Source of the DNA: Alistipes sp. | GTDB taxonomy: Bacteria > Bacteroidota > Bacteroidia > Bacteroidales > Rikenellaceae | Direction of reading: 5' to 3' | NCBI GenBank assembly: GCA_045645705.1 | Contig: JAZRJJ010000058.1 | Location: 33,746-97,745 of the forward strand | DNA: 64,000 nt | Part shown: positions 20,965 to 31,017 of the stretch, piece after piece | Position numbering within the stretch: the stretch's first letter is position 1 | Layout of the letters: every line of letters starts with the position of its first letter | Notes under the pieces: generated by a model | Database searches by the model: none | Told to the model about the DNA's origin: nothing | Seen by the model: only the letters and a program-made list of their open reading frames with translations | Program-made: the position numbers and the translations under genes

Positions 20965-21052
20965 TTAGGGGTGGTGCTAATTAAATAAGTTAGGGAGTTT
21001 AAGAATTAAAATTACTCCCTAAACTCCCTACGCTTTGTGGCTTATTTTGTGC

Positions 21053-22222
21053 CTACTCGCACATCTCGAAGATGCGCTCTACATCTTTGGGTGTCAGGGT
21101 TTTGAAGCCCTTGATGTCGCCATAGCGGCATGCCTTTTGTGCCATTGTGGGGTAGTCCTCGCGCTTGATGCCCACTTCGGACAATGTGCGCTGCAAGCCC
21201 AGCGTGTCGAACAAGAACTCCGCAGTTCGGCGGATGCTCTCCTTCGCAATGGCCATCTTATCCATCTTCGCGTCGATGCCAAAGACATTTACGCCAAACT
21301 GTACATACTTATCTACCGTAGTCTCGTCCAGGCAGTACTCCATCCAGCGGGGTGTGAGGATAGCCAGGCCCAAGCCGTGTGTGATGTCGTAGATTGCCGA
21401 GAGCTCATGCTCCATGGGGTGGCAGCTCCACGCCTTGCGCTTACCGCCATTGATGAAGCCGTTGATTGCCCACGACGATGTCCACATAAGGTTTGCGCGC
21501 GCCTCATAGTTATCGGGCTCTGCAAGGGCGATGGGGGCATACTTGACGATGGTCTTGAGCATACCCTCCATAAATGTGTCGAGCATATACAAGTCATCCT
21601 GCGTGTTGAAGTATACCTCCATTATGTGCGACATGATGTCTGCCGAGCCACACGCCGTCTGGTATTTGCTTACCGAGTAGGTGAGTGTGGGGTCGAGGAA
21701 CGACACCTTGGGAAGGAGTGGCTGTGCAAGGCGGCCGAGTTTGTCGCCTGTTGCGAGGTTTGAGATAACACCCGCGGTATCCATCTCCGAGCCTGTTGCG
21801 GCGAGCGTGAGGATGGTCACGATGGGCAGTGCGCGCTCGATGGGCTTGGCATTGGCACCGAAGAACTCCCATGGGTCGTGCTCCACGCAAGCACCCGCAG
21901 CCATAAACTTCGTAGCGTCGATGGTAGAGCCACCACCCACGGCGAGCAGCACGTCGATATTCTGCTCCTTACAAATCTTGACACCCTCGCGCACCGACTC
22001 GATGCGTGGGTTGGGCTCGATGCCCGAGAGCTCGAAGACCTCTGCGCCAGCATTGCGCAACTCCGCGATTACTCTATCATAGAGGCCGTTACGCTTGATA
22101 GAGCCACCACCGTAAGTGAGCAACACGCGCTTGCCGAAAGATAAAATCTCCTTGCCGAGGTTGCCCAACTGGTTCTCGCCGAAGTAGACCTTCGTGGGGA
22201 TGTTATAGATAAAAGGGTTCAT
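21053..22222 (-). CDS. Iron-containing alcohol dehydrogenase (butanol dehydrogenase/YqhD-like)
   Basis: GGGSIK, EPNP, AVGGGSTID, TLAATGSE, HPMEHELSA...THGLGLA. Confidence 0.92.
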   Translation of the reverse strand: MNPFIYNIPTKVYFGENQLGNLGKEILSFGKRVLLTYGGGSIKRNGLYDRVIAELRNAGAEVFELSGIEPNPRIESVREGVKICKEQNIDVLLAVGGGSTIDATKFMAAGACVEHDPWEFFGANAKPIERALPIVTILTLAATGSEMDTAGVISNLATGDKLGRLAQPLLPKVSFLDPTLTYSVSKYQTACGSADIMSHIMEVYFNTQDDLYMLDTFMEGMLKTIVKYAPIALAEPDNYEARANLMWTSSWAINGFINGGKRKAWSCHPMEHELSAIYDITHGLGLAILTPRWMEYCLDETTVDKYVQFGVNVFGIDAKMDKMAIAKESIRRTAEFLFDTLGLQRTLSEVGIKREDYPTMAQKACRYGDIKGFKTLTPKDVERIFEMCE

Positions 22223-22328
22223 TGTCTGATAGTTTTTGTTAATAAATATATGTACTGAATGCAAAGATAGGATTTTTTTTATATCTTTGCAACGCATTTT
22301 GCATATAACCGATTCAGTTCATTAGACT

Positions 22329-23264
22329 ATGTTGAGTAGAAGATTGCTCCGAGTGAAGGTCGCAAAGAGCCTTTACGCACATCTTAAATCAGGCTCCGAC
22401 AACCTTAAGGCCTCGGAGAAGAACCTCGTTGAATCCATCGATAAAGCATACGACCTCTATTTCCAGATGATGTCACTCATCGTTGAGGTGTCGCGCTATG
22501 CCGAGAGCCGTCAGGAGTTGGCAAAGCAGAAGAAACTCGCTACTTACGAGGATCTCAACCCCAACCGCCGCTTCGTGGATAACCCCATTGTCGCGCTCAT
22601 CGCAAACAGCGACTCTGTAAACGATGTACTCGCATCGCGCAAGCTCTCGTGGGCAAACCACTTCGACACGGTTAAGGATGTCTACAACCGCCTTATGGAG
22701 GCAGAGTTCTACACCAAGTATATGGCTCTTCCCACGGCATCGTTCAACGATGACCGCCGCTTTGTTGAGGACTTCTACATGTGGCTCGAGGAGGATGACG
22801 CGATGTTGGAGGTGTTGAACGAGATGTCGCTCTTGTGGTGTGACGACTACGGCTTCGCACTCTACATGGCATTGCGCACCGTGCAGAACACCAAGCAGAG
22901 CCACGACATGCTCCGCGTGTTGCCCAAGTTCAAGAGCGACGAGGACCTCGACTTCGCACGCACACTATTCATCAAGTCGTTGGTGCAGTATGAGGACAAC
23001 CAGGAGATTGTAGACCGCTACACCCAGAACTGGGATGTTGAGCGCGTGGTGTTCATGGATAACCTTATCATCTCTATCGCTATCACGGAGTTGGTTGTAT
23101 TTGACTCTATCCCCGTCAAGGTTACACTCGACGAGTGGATTGACATCGCGAAGTACTACTCATCGCCTTCGAGCAGCACCTTCGTGAACGGCGTCTTGGA
23201 TAAGGTCGTTGCGGACCTCACAGCCGAGGGTCGCATCGCAAAGAGTGGCCGCGGTCTGCTCTAA
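22329..23264 (+). CDS. nusB: Transcription antitermination factor NusB (long Bacteroidetes form)
   Basis: MLSRRLLRVKV...NWDVERV...IPVKVTLDEWIDIAKYYS...FVNGVLD. Confidence 0.93.
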   Translation: MLSRRLLRVKVAKSLYAHLKSGSDNLKASEKNLVESIDKAYDLYFQMMSLIVEVSRYAESRQELAKQKKLATYEDLNPNRRFVDNPIVALIANSDSVNDVLASRKLSWANHFDTVKDVYNRLMEAEFYTKYMALPTASFNDDRRFVEDFYMWLEEDDAMLEVLNEMSLLWCDDYGFALYMALRTVQNTKQSHDMLRVLPKFKSDEDLDFARTLFIKSLVQYEDNQEIVDRYTQNWDVERVVFMDNLIISIAITELVVFDSIPVKVTLDEWIDIAKYYSSPSSSTFVNGVLDKVVADLTAEGRIAKSGRGLL

Positions 23265-23278
23265 TAAGGAGTGTCGCC

Positions 23279-23725
23279 ATGCACGCTTTTTACCGCCTGA
23301 CAGCCCTTGTGGCACTCGTTTTGTTTGTCGTAGCCTGTGGTGCAAAGCAGACAAAGAGCAGTGCGGAGGATGTGGCGAGCGATATGGTAGCAGAGCCTGT
23401 GGTTCTCGAGGCGGAACTTGCCGAGGGATATACCGCAGAGGTGATAGCGGAGTTTGGCGTTGTTGAGGCGCGCTCCGTTGTTGAGATGCCCATCCGCGTG
23501 AAGAACAATACCGACGAGCCCATCGCGCTTCTCGACTACTCGACTACTTGCCGCTGCACCACGCTTGCGTTGCCCCGCACAGCAATCGAGGCGGGTGGCG
23601 AGAGTGATGTTGTTTTGACCTTCGACTCGCGTGGCGAGTGGGGAGGCGTGGGTAACTTCCTTGAGGTCGAGACCTCGAACCCCGAGTGTGGCTTTGTGGT
23701 GTGGATGGCTGCTATGGTGGAGTAG
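23279..23725 (+). CDS. DUF1573 Ig-like lipoprotein
   Basis: Lipobox VAC, KNNTDEPI...TTCRCT...IEAG; nusB-DUF1573-yajC order. Confidence 0.75.
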   Translation: MHAFYRLTALVALVLFVVACGAKQTKSSAEDVASDMVAEPVVLEAELAEGYTAEVIAEFGVVEARSVVEMPIRVKNNTDEPIALLDYSTTCRCTTLALPRTAIEAGGESDVVLTFDSRGEWGGVGNFLEVETSNPECGFVVWMAAMVE

Positions 23726-23843
23726 CCGTAGCGACCAAGAATTTGGCAAAGAGGAGCGAATATTTTGGTAATATGAGAATTATTCCTACCTTTGCCGATG
23801 TACTAAAAAGTGCAAACAACTAATAAATTAAATAATTACAATT

Positions 23844-24266
23844 ATGAATTTGCTTTTTATTCAGAACGATGGTGCTGAGGCAACTGTTGTTGAGGCAGCA
23901 GAGGCTCCCGTAGTTGATACAGCGGTTGAGGCTACAGAGACAGTTACCGAGGAGCCTGCAGTTGAGGAGGTTTCTCAGCCCGAGCCTACATTCATGCAGC
24001 AGTATGGCATGTGGTTCATGATTCTTGGTATGATTGTTATCATGTACCTCTTCATGTGGCGTCCCGAGCAGAAGCGTCGTAAGCAGATGCAGCAGTTCCG
24101 CGATGGCCTCAAGAAGGGTGACAAGATTATCACTGCAGGTGGTATCTACGGCGTTATCAAGGAGGTACACCCCACATCATTGCTTATCGAGGTAGATAGC
24201 AACGTAACACTTCGCATCGACAAGAATATGGTTGTTGGTGATCCTGCACAGGGCATCCAGCAGTAA
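23844..24266 (+). CDS. yajC: Preprotein translocase subunit YajC
   Basis: YLFMWRPEQKRRK...LKKGDKIITAGGIYG. Confidence 0.93.
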   Translation: MNLLFIQNDGAEATVVEAAEAPVVDTAVEATETVTEEPAVEEVSQPEPTFMQQYGMWFMILGMIVIMYLFMWRPEQKRRKQMQQFRDGLKKGDKIITAGGIYGVIKEVHPTSLLIEVDSNVTLRIDKNMVVGDPAQGIQQ

Positions 24267-24271
24267 TTTTC

Positions 24272-24394
24272 TTTCTTGTGATAGTGGTGCTACTCTGTCA
24301 CTTCAATCAAAATGGCGAATGGGAAATACGAGGAGTATGACCCATCCGCCATTTTTTCATGTCAGCACCACATTAGCACCACTCTGACAAGAAA
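24272..24394 (+). repeat. Rod-like hairpin repeat, copy B (123 bp)
   Basis: Same ends and ATGGG/CCCAT core as copy A, with compensatory stem changes. Confidence 0.85.
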
Positions 24395-24426
24395 GAGTTT
24401 GCGATAGTGGCGCTATAGACCACTCT

Positions 24427-24473
24427 AAAAAAAGATTACCCAGGGTTGAAATCAGCCCTGGGTAGTTTTTTTT
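24427..24473. terminator. Bidirectional terminator between yajC and the LytTR regulator
   Basis: A run, TACCCAGGGTTGA-AA-TCAGCCCTGGGTA, T run. Confidence 0.8.
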
Positions 24474-24503
24474 GTGTTCGGTAGAGAGTGGTGGCGTAGA
24501 CCC

Positions 24504-25244
24504 CTATGCGTTCAGCTTGTCGAAATACTCAAAGAAGCGCTCCTTGTAGTTCTCACCCAAGGGGATGTACTCGCCGTTGTCGAGGAAGATGCGACCCTTG
24601 GTGTAGCTCGCAATGCGCTTTACGTTGACGATGTAGGAGCGGTGTACGCGCATGAAGCCATCGGCGGGGAGCGTGGTCTCCATGTTCTTGAGGCGGAAGA
24701 GGGTGGTGATGGTCGAGCTACCCTCGATATGCAGGCGCACATACTCGCCCGCGCTCTCCAGATATACGATGTCGGCAACCTTCACGAGCTGCGTCTTGTA
24801 GTCCGCCTTCACCGATATTACCTCCTTGTCTGTGGTCTCGGCCTCGTTCTGCGCTATGGCACTCTCGGCGGCATGGCAGCGCTCCACAAGGTCGACAAGC
24901 GAGATGACCTTCTGCGTAGCCTTCATGAACTCCTCATACGAGAATGGCTTGAGGAGATAGTCAATGGCATTTAGCTTGAAGCCCTCGAGTGCAAACTCGG
25001 GGTGCGCTGTGGTGAATATGATGTAGTGTCCAGCGTCTATGCTGCGCACAAAGTCCAGACCGTTCATATCGGGCATGTTGATATCCACAAAGAGGAGGTC
25101 TGCTTTGGTTGTTTTGAGCACCTCTAGAGCCTCCATGGCGCTGCGGCACACGGCAACCAACTCGAGTTGCTCGGTGCGCTCTATGTAACTCTTTATCTTT
25201 CGGAGAGCCATGGGCTCGTCGTCAATGGCGATACATCTAACCAT
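24504..25244 (-). CDS. LytTR-family response regulator
   Basis: IDDE, FVDINMP, DYLLKP, FMRVHRSYIVN. Confidence 0.95.
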   Translation of the reverse strand: MVRCIAIDDEPMALRKIKSYIERTEQLELVAVCRSAMEALEVLKTTKADLLFVDINMPDMNGLDFVRSIDAGHYIIFTTAHPEFALEGFKLNAIDYLLKPFSYEEFMKATQKVISLVDLVERCHAAESAIAQNEAETTDKEVISVKADYKTQLVKVADIVYLESAGEYVRLHIEGSSTITTLFRLKNMETTLPADGFMRVHRSYIVNVKRIASYTKGRIFLDNGEYIPLGENYKERFFEYFDKLNA

Positions 25245-25258
25245 AATATTTCTATATA

Positions 25259-26308
25259 TTAGAAGGGTTTGTTAATTGGAATTACAAGCTCCACGATATA
25301 TTTGTTGTTGCTCGTGCTGTCGGTTGTGAGCGTGTAGCTCTTGCCGAAGAGCAGGTCGAGGCGCTTGGTTATGTTGTTCAGGCCGATGCCACTATGCTCT
25401 GTGGTGTTTGCCGAGTGGCGGCTGTTCGATACTACGCATGTCAGCGAGCCCTTGTCCACCGCGATGTTGATGTCGATGTATGACTCCTTGTGGTAGCTGA
25501 TGCCGTGCTTGAAGGCGTTCTCCACCAACACGATAAGCAACAGCGGAGGCATCTTCACCTTGCGGCATGTGAGCGGGTCGGGAGTGTTTATCGTAATCCT
25601 AACATCGTCGATGTAGCGTATGCGCATCAGCTCTATGTAGTTGTGCAGGAACTCCACCTCCTTGTCGAGCGTTGTGTGGCTGCCACTCGAGTCGTAGAGC
25701 ACATGGCGTAACATTCGCGACAGCTCCATGACGCTATGCTTGGCGAGCTCCGTGTCGAAGTCTATCATCGCGTGGATGTTGTTGAGCGTGTTCATCAAAA
25801 AGTGTGGGTTTATCTGATACTTCAGATACTGCATCTCGTTTTCGATGCTCTGCTTCTCAAGCTCCGTCATGCGCTGCTCGGTCTCCAGCGTGCGGTAGTA
25901 GAGCTTAATCATGGAGTTGGCACCCGCCATCAGAACGCCGATGATAACGTTCCAATACCACTCCAAGTCGGTAAACGAAGCCTTGTCGCGGAGGTTGGCA
26001 TCGCCCTGCCAGTACTGGAAGTCGCCAATCTCGATGGTGCCGAATATGGCGAAAATCATAGCAAGCAGCAACAGGCTGTATGTTATGTATCGGTTGCGCA
26101 ACAGGAGGCGTGGTGCGAGCAGCGTGGTGTTTACCATGAAGATGACGAAGTATGGGGCGATCTTACCCCACGAGATAATCACCTTGTTGAAGTCGACAGC
26201 ATGCTCACTCATCAGGTGAGCGTTCATAAATGGAATAAGGAATATGGCTACCCACACAAGTGTGTATAGCATATTCTCGCCAAGTCGCCAATATCTAACA
26301 GTCTTCAT
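25259..26308 (-). CDS. LytS-type sensor histidine kinase
   Basis: N-terminal TMs, LKYQINPHFLMNTLNNI, VENAFKHG, GIGLNN; start MKTVRY chosen. Confidence 0.93.
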   Translation of the reverse strand: MKTVRYWRLGENMLYTLVWVAIFLIPFMNAHLMSEHAVDFNKVIISWGKIAPYFVIFMVNTTLLAPRLLLRNRYITYSLLLLAMIFAIFGTIEIGDFQYWQGDANLRDKASFTDLEWYWNVIIGVLMAGANSMIKLYYRTLETEQRMTELEKQSIENEMQYLKYQINPHFLMNTLNNIHAMIDFDTELAKHSVMELSRMLRHVLYDSSGSHTTLDKEVEFLHNYIELMRIRYIDDVRITINTPDPLTCRKVKMPPLLLIVLVENAFKHGISYHKESYIDINIAVDKGSLTCVVSNSRHSANTTEHSGIGLNNITKRLDLLFGKSYTLTTDSTSNNKYIVELVIPINKPF

Positions 26309-26495
26309 ATTTTGCAAATGTAATAATTTCGCTCCACAATTCAAAATATAGGGGGTGTTATTAAATGTAGGAGTTGAATTATTAAATAAAAGATGTTAAC
26401 TTTGTGAGGATTTGTGGTGGTCGTTGTGCCACGCTTTTTTGGTTTATAACATAGCAAGCCGTCCCGTGGTGGCGACTTGTTCTACTCTATAGATT

Positions 26496-27158
26496 ATGTT
26501 GAAGGGATTGCTTTTTGATATGGATGGTGTGCTTGTCAACAACCTTGAGGTGCACCGCGAGGCCTTTGCCGAGTTCTTCCGCCGCTATGGTGTGGAGCGC
26601 ACGTTCGACGAGCTAAGCCGCGTGTTTGGCAAGGGTAACGATGATATTATGGGCGAGCTTATGCCCCGCGAGGTCGTGGAGCGCGTTGGCATCCGCGAGC
26701 TTGGCAACGAGAAGGAGGCTATCTATCGCGAGATATATGCTCCGACGATTGTGCCACAGCCTGGCTTGTTGGATTTCCTTGCCGAGAGTGAGCGCGAGGG
26801 TCTGCGAGCTGCCGTGGGCTCGTCGGGCTATAGGGCGAATGTCGATTTCGTGTTGGATAAGTGCAACATACGCCGCTATTTTGAGGCTGCGGTTGCGGGC
26901 GATGAGGTTACGCGCTGCAAGCCCGACCCCGAGATTTATCTCACGGCGGCGGCGAAGTTGGGCCTCGAGCCACACGAGTGTGTGGTGTTTGAGGATGCCG
27001 AGGCGGGCATAGAGTCAGCCAAGCGCGCAGGTATCAAGGTGGTAGCCCTTGCCACAACCTTCGACCGTGAGTTCTTGAGCCACACCGAGGCCGATGTCAT
27101 CGTCGACGACTTCCGCGATGTGACGGTGGCGATGTTGCGCGAGCTTGTTGAGGGTTAG
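26496..27158 (+). CDS. HAD-family phosphatase (beta-PGM/CbbY-like)
   Basis: FDMDGVL, KPDPEIY, VFEDAEAG. Confidence 0.92.
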   Translation: MLKGLLFDMDGVLVNNLEVHREAFAEFFRRYGVERTFDELSRVFGKGNDDIMGELMPREVVERVGIRELGNEKEAIYREIYAPTIVPQPGLLDFLAESEREGLRAAVGSSGYRANVDFVLDKCNIRRYFEAAVAGDEVTRCKPDPEIYLTAAAKLGLEPHECVVFEDAEAGIESAKRAGIKVVALATTFDREFLSHTEADVIVDDFRDVTVAMLRELVEG

Positions 27159-27946
27159 ACGCGGTTGAGGAGCCTTGTGACTACGGGGATGCGTATCATG
27201 AGGTCGAACAAACGCGCGGGGATGATGGAGCATACCGCGACCACGAACTTGGTGAATAGTCCAGGTATAAGGCGCCTTCTGCCACGCATCATTGCGCGTG
27301 TTCCGCGTCGGGCGATGGTCTCTGGGCGGTGCATGACGCCGAGGCGCACAAACCACTTGCGCCACGAGGGCTTGAGGTTGTAGAGGGGTGTGTCTACCGC
27401 ACCTGGGAATACGGCCGTGACGCTTATGCCGTGGCGGTGGAGCTCATACCATAGCGCAAAGGCGAGGCTCTTGATGTAGGCCTTTGTTGCGCTGTAGTGC
27501 GAGATGGTGGGGTAGGGTAACCACGCTGTGGATGAGGACATTAGGAGTATGCGACCATGTTTTCGCTCCTTCATAGCCTCTCCAAAATATCGGCATAGGA
27601 GTGTCGTCGTTGTGCAGTGCAGACCCACGATAGTCTCAAGGCGTTTGGGCTCGGTGCGTGTGAGCGTCGAGAAGAGCAACATGCCGGCGTTGCAGATGAG
27701 GATGTCGACCTGCCAACCTTCCGCGGTGCACCTGTCGAAGATGCTCTTTGCGGCATCTGCGGCTGCGAGGTCTGCGTAGATGTAGTGCGCCGTGATGTCG
27801 TACTTCGCGCGTAGCTCTGCCGTTACCGCCTCCAGCTCCTTGGGCTGGTTGCTCACGGCTATGATGTTGTAGCCGCGCCTTGCCAACTCGTGGGTATAGC
27901 AGCGACCGATGCCTGAGGATGCTCCTGTGATTAATGCGTAGTTCAT
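27155..27946 (-). CDS. Short-chain dehydrogenase/reductase
   Basis: ITGASSGIG, CNAG, YSATK. Confidence 0.93.
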   Translation of the reverse strand: MNYALITGASSGIGRCYTHELARRGYNIIAVSNQPKELEAVTAELRAKYDITAHYIYADLAAADAAKSIFDRCTAEGWQVDILICNAGMLLFSTLTRTEPKRLETIVGLHCTTTTLLCRYFGEAMKERKHGRILLMSSSTAWLPYPTISHYSATKAYIKSLAFALWYELHRHGISVTAVFPGAVDTPLYNLKPSWRKWFVRLGVMHRPETIARRGTRAMMRGRRRLIPGLFTKFVVAVCSIIPARLFDLMIRIPVVTRLLNRV

Positions 27947-27972
27947 ACGACAAAGATACAACTTTTTAAGCA

Positions 27973-28452
27973 ATGGCAAAAAAGATAGAGAAGACAAATG
28001 CTGCCCGCCTCTTGGATAGGGCGAAGATAGCGTACGACCTTGTGCCCTATACGGTGGATGAGGATAACCTCGCGGCTACGCATGTCGCCGAGGAGCTTGG
28101 CGAGGATATAGCCACGGTGTTTAAGACGCTTGTGCTGCGTGGCGACAGGGCGGGACTCTTCGTCTGCGTCATCCCTGGCGACAAGGAGGTGGACCTCAAG
28201 GCTGCGGCGCGCGTCTCGGGAAACAAGAAGGCCGACCTCATACCCATGAAGGAGTTGCTGCCCACAACGGGATATATCCGAGGTGGCTGCTCACCCATCG
28301 GCATGAAGAAGCCGCTGCCGACCTTCATTCACTCCACCTGCCTCGACCACGAGCGCATATACATCAGTGCGGGAGTGCGTGGCCTGCAGATTGGCATCGC
28401 CCCGAGCGACCTTGTGGCCTTTGTGGGTGCCATGGTGACTGACCTCGTGTAA
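27973..28452 (+). CDS. ybaK: Cys-tRNA(Pro) deacylase YbaK
   Basis: KTNAARLLD, VFKTLV, TGYIRGGCSPIG, SAGVRGLQ. Confidence 0.94.
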   Translation: MAKKIEKTNAARLLDRAKIAYDLVPYTVDEDNLAATHVAEELGEDIATVFKTLVLRGDRAGLFVCVIPGDKEVDLKAAARVSGNKKADLIPMKELLPTTGYIRGGCSPIGMKKPLPTFIHSTCLDHERIYISAGVRGLQIGIAPSDLVAFVGAMVTDLV

Positions 28453-28475
28453 TGTTTCCCACCTCGTATAACAAC

Positions 28476-28505
28476 AAAGGGATACCTGTTATGGGTATCC
28501 CTTTT
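28476..28505. terminator. Bidirectional terminator between ybaK and pyrB
   Basis: AAAGGGATACC...GGTATCCCTTTT. Confidence 0.75.
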
Positions 28506-28524
28506 GTCGTTTCGTAGGCGTAGG

Positions 28525-29592
28525 CTACTTTGCCTCTGACTCGCAGTAGACGCAGCGCACGATGCCCTCCGAGTGCTCGAAGCGACGGCGTACGGGCTCC
28601 AAGTTAGAGATGCAGAGTGGGTTAGGACACTTGCACTCCATAGCCTCGCCACCATGGTCGAAGGTGCGGTTTGCATCGTTCTGCCACTCCAAGAGCTTCA
28701 CGATGAGCGCCATACGCACGAACTTACCATTCTCCACCTGACGGAAGTATGCCGCGCGTGGGTCGTCGTCAACATCTATTGCAATCTCGTTGACACGGGG
28801 TAGTGGGTGCAAGACTGCCATGTGCTCCTTCGCGCCACGCATCTTCGCAGCATCGAGGACGAAGCAGTCCTTAACTCGCTCATACTCATCCAAGTCCGTA
28901 AAGCGCTCCTGCTGCACGCGTGTCATGTAGAGGATGTCTACCTCGCCAATTACGCTCTCGATGTCCGCCACCTCGCGGTATTCGATGCCATTGCGGTCGC
29001 ACACATCGCGCTTGATGTAGTCGGGCAATGCCAACTCTGGGGGCGCGATAAGTATGAACTTGGTGTTGGCGTAGCGTGTCATCGCCTTGATGAGCGAGTG
29101 CACGGTGCGGCCATACTTGAGGTCACCAACCAAACCGATGGTCAAGTTATCGAGCCTGCCCAACTCACGCTTGATGGTGAGCAGGTCGGTCATCGTCTGT
29201 GTGGGGTGGCTGTGTGAGCCGTCGCCAGCGTTGATGATGGGTGTGCGTGACACCTCCGTAGCGGCGAGGGGTGCACCCTCCACCTTGTGGCGCATGGCGA
29301 TGATGTCGGCGAAGCAGTTCATAACCCTCACGGTGTCCTGCACGGTCTCACCCTTCGATACTGACGATGACTTGGCATCGGCAAAGCCCAGAACATTACC
29401 ACCAAGCTCCATCATTGCTGCGGTGAAGCTAAGGCGTGTGCGGGTGCTGGGCTCGTAGAATAGCGTAGCGAGCTTCTTGCCGCGGCACACCTCGCTATAC
29501 TTCGCACGGTTGGCGATGATATCCTCGGCGAGGGCGATAATCTCGGCAATCTCCTGTACCGAAAGGTCGGTAGGGTCAATCAAGTGTTTCAT
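28525..29592 (-). CDS. pyrB: Aspartate carbamoyltransferase catalytic chain with fused C-terminal PyrI-like zinc-binding segment
   Basis: FYEPSTRT, HPTQ, HPLPR; tail CPNPLCIS...RCVYCE. Confidence 0.93.
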   Translation of the reverse strand: MKHLIDPTDLSVQEIAEIIALAEDIIANRAKYSEVCRGKKLATLFYEPSTRTRLSFTAAMMELGGNVLGFADAKSSSVSKGETVQDTVRVMNCFADIIAMRHKVEGAPLAATEVSRTPIINAGDGSHSHPTQTMTDLLTIKRELGRLDNLTIGLVGDLKYGRTVHSLIKAMTRYANTKFILIAPPELALPDYIKRDVCDRNGIEYREVADIESVIGEVDILYMTRVQQERFTDLDEYERVKDCFVLDAAKMRGAKEHMAVLHPLPRVNEIAIDVDDDPRAAYFRQVENGKFVRMALIVKLLEWQNDANRTFDHGGEAMECKCPNPLCISNLEPVRRRFEHSEGIVRCVYCESEAK

Positions 29593-29613
29593 TACGCTCT
29601 TCCTGTTATTGTA

Positions 29614-30243
29614 TTACTTAATCCAGCTCTCGTCAGAGGGGTTGTTGCGGAACTTAAGGATGCGCTCCTTGTCCTCAGCCTTGATGTAACCCTCCTCGGC
29701 TGCCACCTCTACGAGGGCGTCGAGGTTAGAGAGTGAGTAGTTCTTAGCCTCGGCAGCAGCCAAGCGGTCCAAGCCCTTCTGCATGCCGTAAGTGAAGATG
29801 CTCACGATACCCAAAACATCGGCACCTGCGTTGCGCAATGCCTCGACTACCTCGATGCAGCTACCTGCAGTAGAGATGAGGTCCTCGACAACAACTACCT
29901 TCTGGCCAGCCTCGAGCTTACCCTCAATCTGGTTGCCACGGCCGTGGTCCTTAGAGCCAGAGCGAACATAACCCATGGGGAGGTTGAGGATGGTAGCGGT
30001 GATAGCAGCGTGTGCGATACCCGCAGTTGATGTACCCATCAACACCTCTACCTCGGGGTAGTGCTTGCGGATGAGCTCTGCAAGACCCTCCTCCACGTGG
30101 TTACGCACCTCGGGAGCGGTGAGTGTAAGACGGTTGTCACAGTAGATAGGGCTCTTGATGCCGCTTGCCCATGTGAAGGGCTGCTCGGGGCGCAAGAATA
30201 CTGCACCAATTGAAAGCAAATCTTTCGCAATCTTCTTTTCCAT
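29614..30243 (-). CDS. pyrE: Orotate phosphoribosyltransferase
   Basis: [27 protein letters not shown]. Confidence 0.96.
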   Translation of the reverse strand: MEKKIAKDLLSIGAVFLRPEQPFTWASGIKSPIYCDNRLTLTAPEVRNHVEEGLAELIRKHYPEVEVLMGTSTAGIAHAAITATILNLPMGYVRSGSKDHGRGNQIEGKLEAGQKVVVVEDLISTAGSCIEVVEALRNAGADVLGIVSIFTYGMQKGLDRLAAAEAKNYSLSNLDALVEVAAEEGYIKAEDKERILKFRNNPSDESWIK

Positions 30244-30286
30244 AGTCTATTTTATTTTTAATTCGTTCGGTTAATTATGTTAACTT

Positions 30287-30991
30287 TTATGCCTCGGCAA
30301 ACTCCTTCATGCAACGCTCGTATGCGGCAACGGGGTCGTCAGCAGCAGTGATGGGGCGGCCTACGACGATGAAGTCGGAGCCAATCTCGCGAGCACGCTC
30401 GGGAGTAGTCACGCGCACCTGGTCGCCAACATCGCCATCAGCGAAGCGTACACCTGGCGTTACGGTCATGAACTCCTTGCCACATGCCTCCTTAACCATC
30501 GCAGCCTCAAGGGGTGAGCACACTACGCCATCCAAGCCCGCAGCCTTTGCGTTCTCGGCATACTTAACGATAGTGTCGTTGATTGAAGCACCAATCAAGA
30601 GCTCCTTCTGCATGCGCTCCTCCGAAGTAGAGGTGAGCTGTGTCACGGCGATAAGCAAGGGGCGTGTGCCATCCTCGCGTGTGAGACCCTCGATTGCGGC
30701 CTTCATCATATCCACAGTGCCCGCTGCGTGAACATTAGTCATGTCAACATCGAGGTTGCGAAGCACTGACATCGCCTTCTTCACTGTGTTGGGGATGTCG
30801 TGCAACTTGAGGTCGAGGAAGATGCGGTGACCGCGCTCCTTGATGGTGCGCACGATCTCGGGACCCTCGGCATAGAAGAGCTCCATGCCAATCTTCACGA
30901 AGGGCTTGCGGCCTGTGAACTTATCTAAGAAGTTAAGTGTCTGCTCCTTGCTGCTGAAATCGCAAGCAATAATTACATCACGCTTACTCAT
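30287..30991 (-). CDS. pyrF: OMP decarboxylase (short, Bacillus-like subfamily)
   Basis: [36 protein letters not shown]. Confidence 0.96.
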   Translation of the reverse strand: MSKRDVIIACDFSSKEQTLNFLDKFTGRKPFVKIGMELFYAEGPEIVRTIKERGHRIFLDLKLHDIPNTVKKAMSVLRNLDVDMTNVHAAGTVDMMKAAIEGLTREDGTRPLLIAVTQLTSTSEERMQKELLIGASINDTIVKYAENAKAAGLDGVVCSPLEAAMVKEACGKEFMTVTPGVRFADGDVGDQVRVTTPERAREIGSDFIVVGRPITAADDPVAAYERCMKEFAEA

Positions 30992-31017
30992 AATTTTTCT
31001 CTATAGTTTTAGTTTTT

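Noticed and set aside
20990-21030. TAGGGAGT/ACTCCCTA short inverted and tandem repeat
   Set aside because: Most simply a hairpin between convergent galK and dehydrogenase genes; only one instance in the window.
20841-24394. Integron attC sites or tRNAs for the 124-bp repeats
   Set aside because: No RYYYAAC/GTTRRRY ends, flanking genes are core housekeeping genes, and there is no cloverleaf or T-loop motif.
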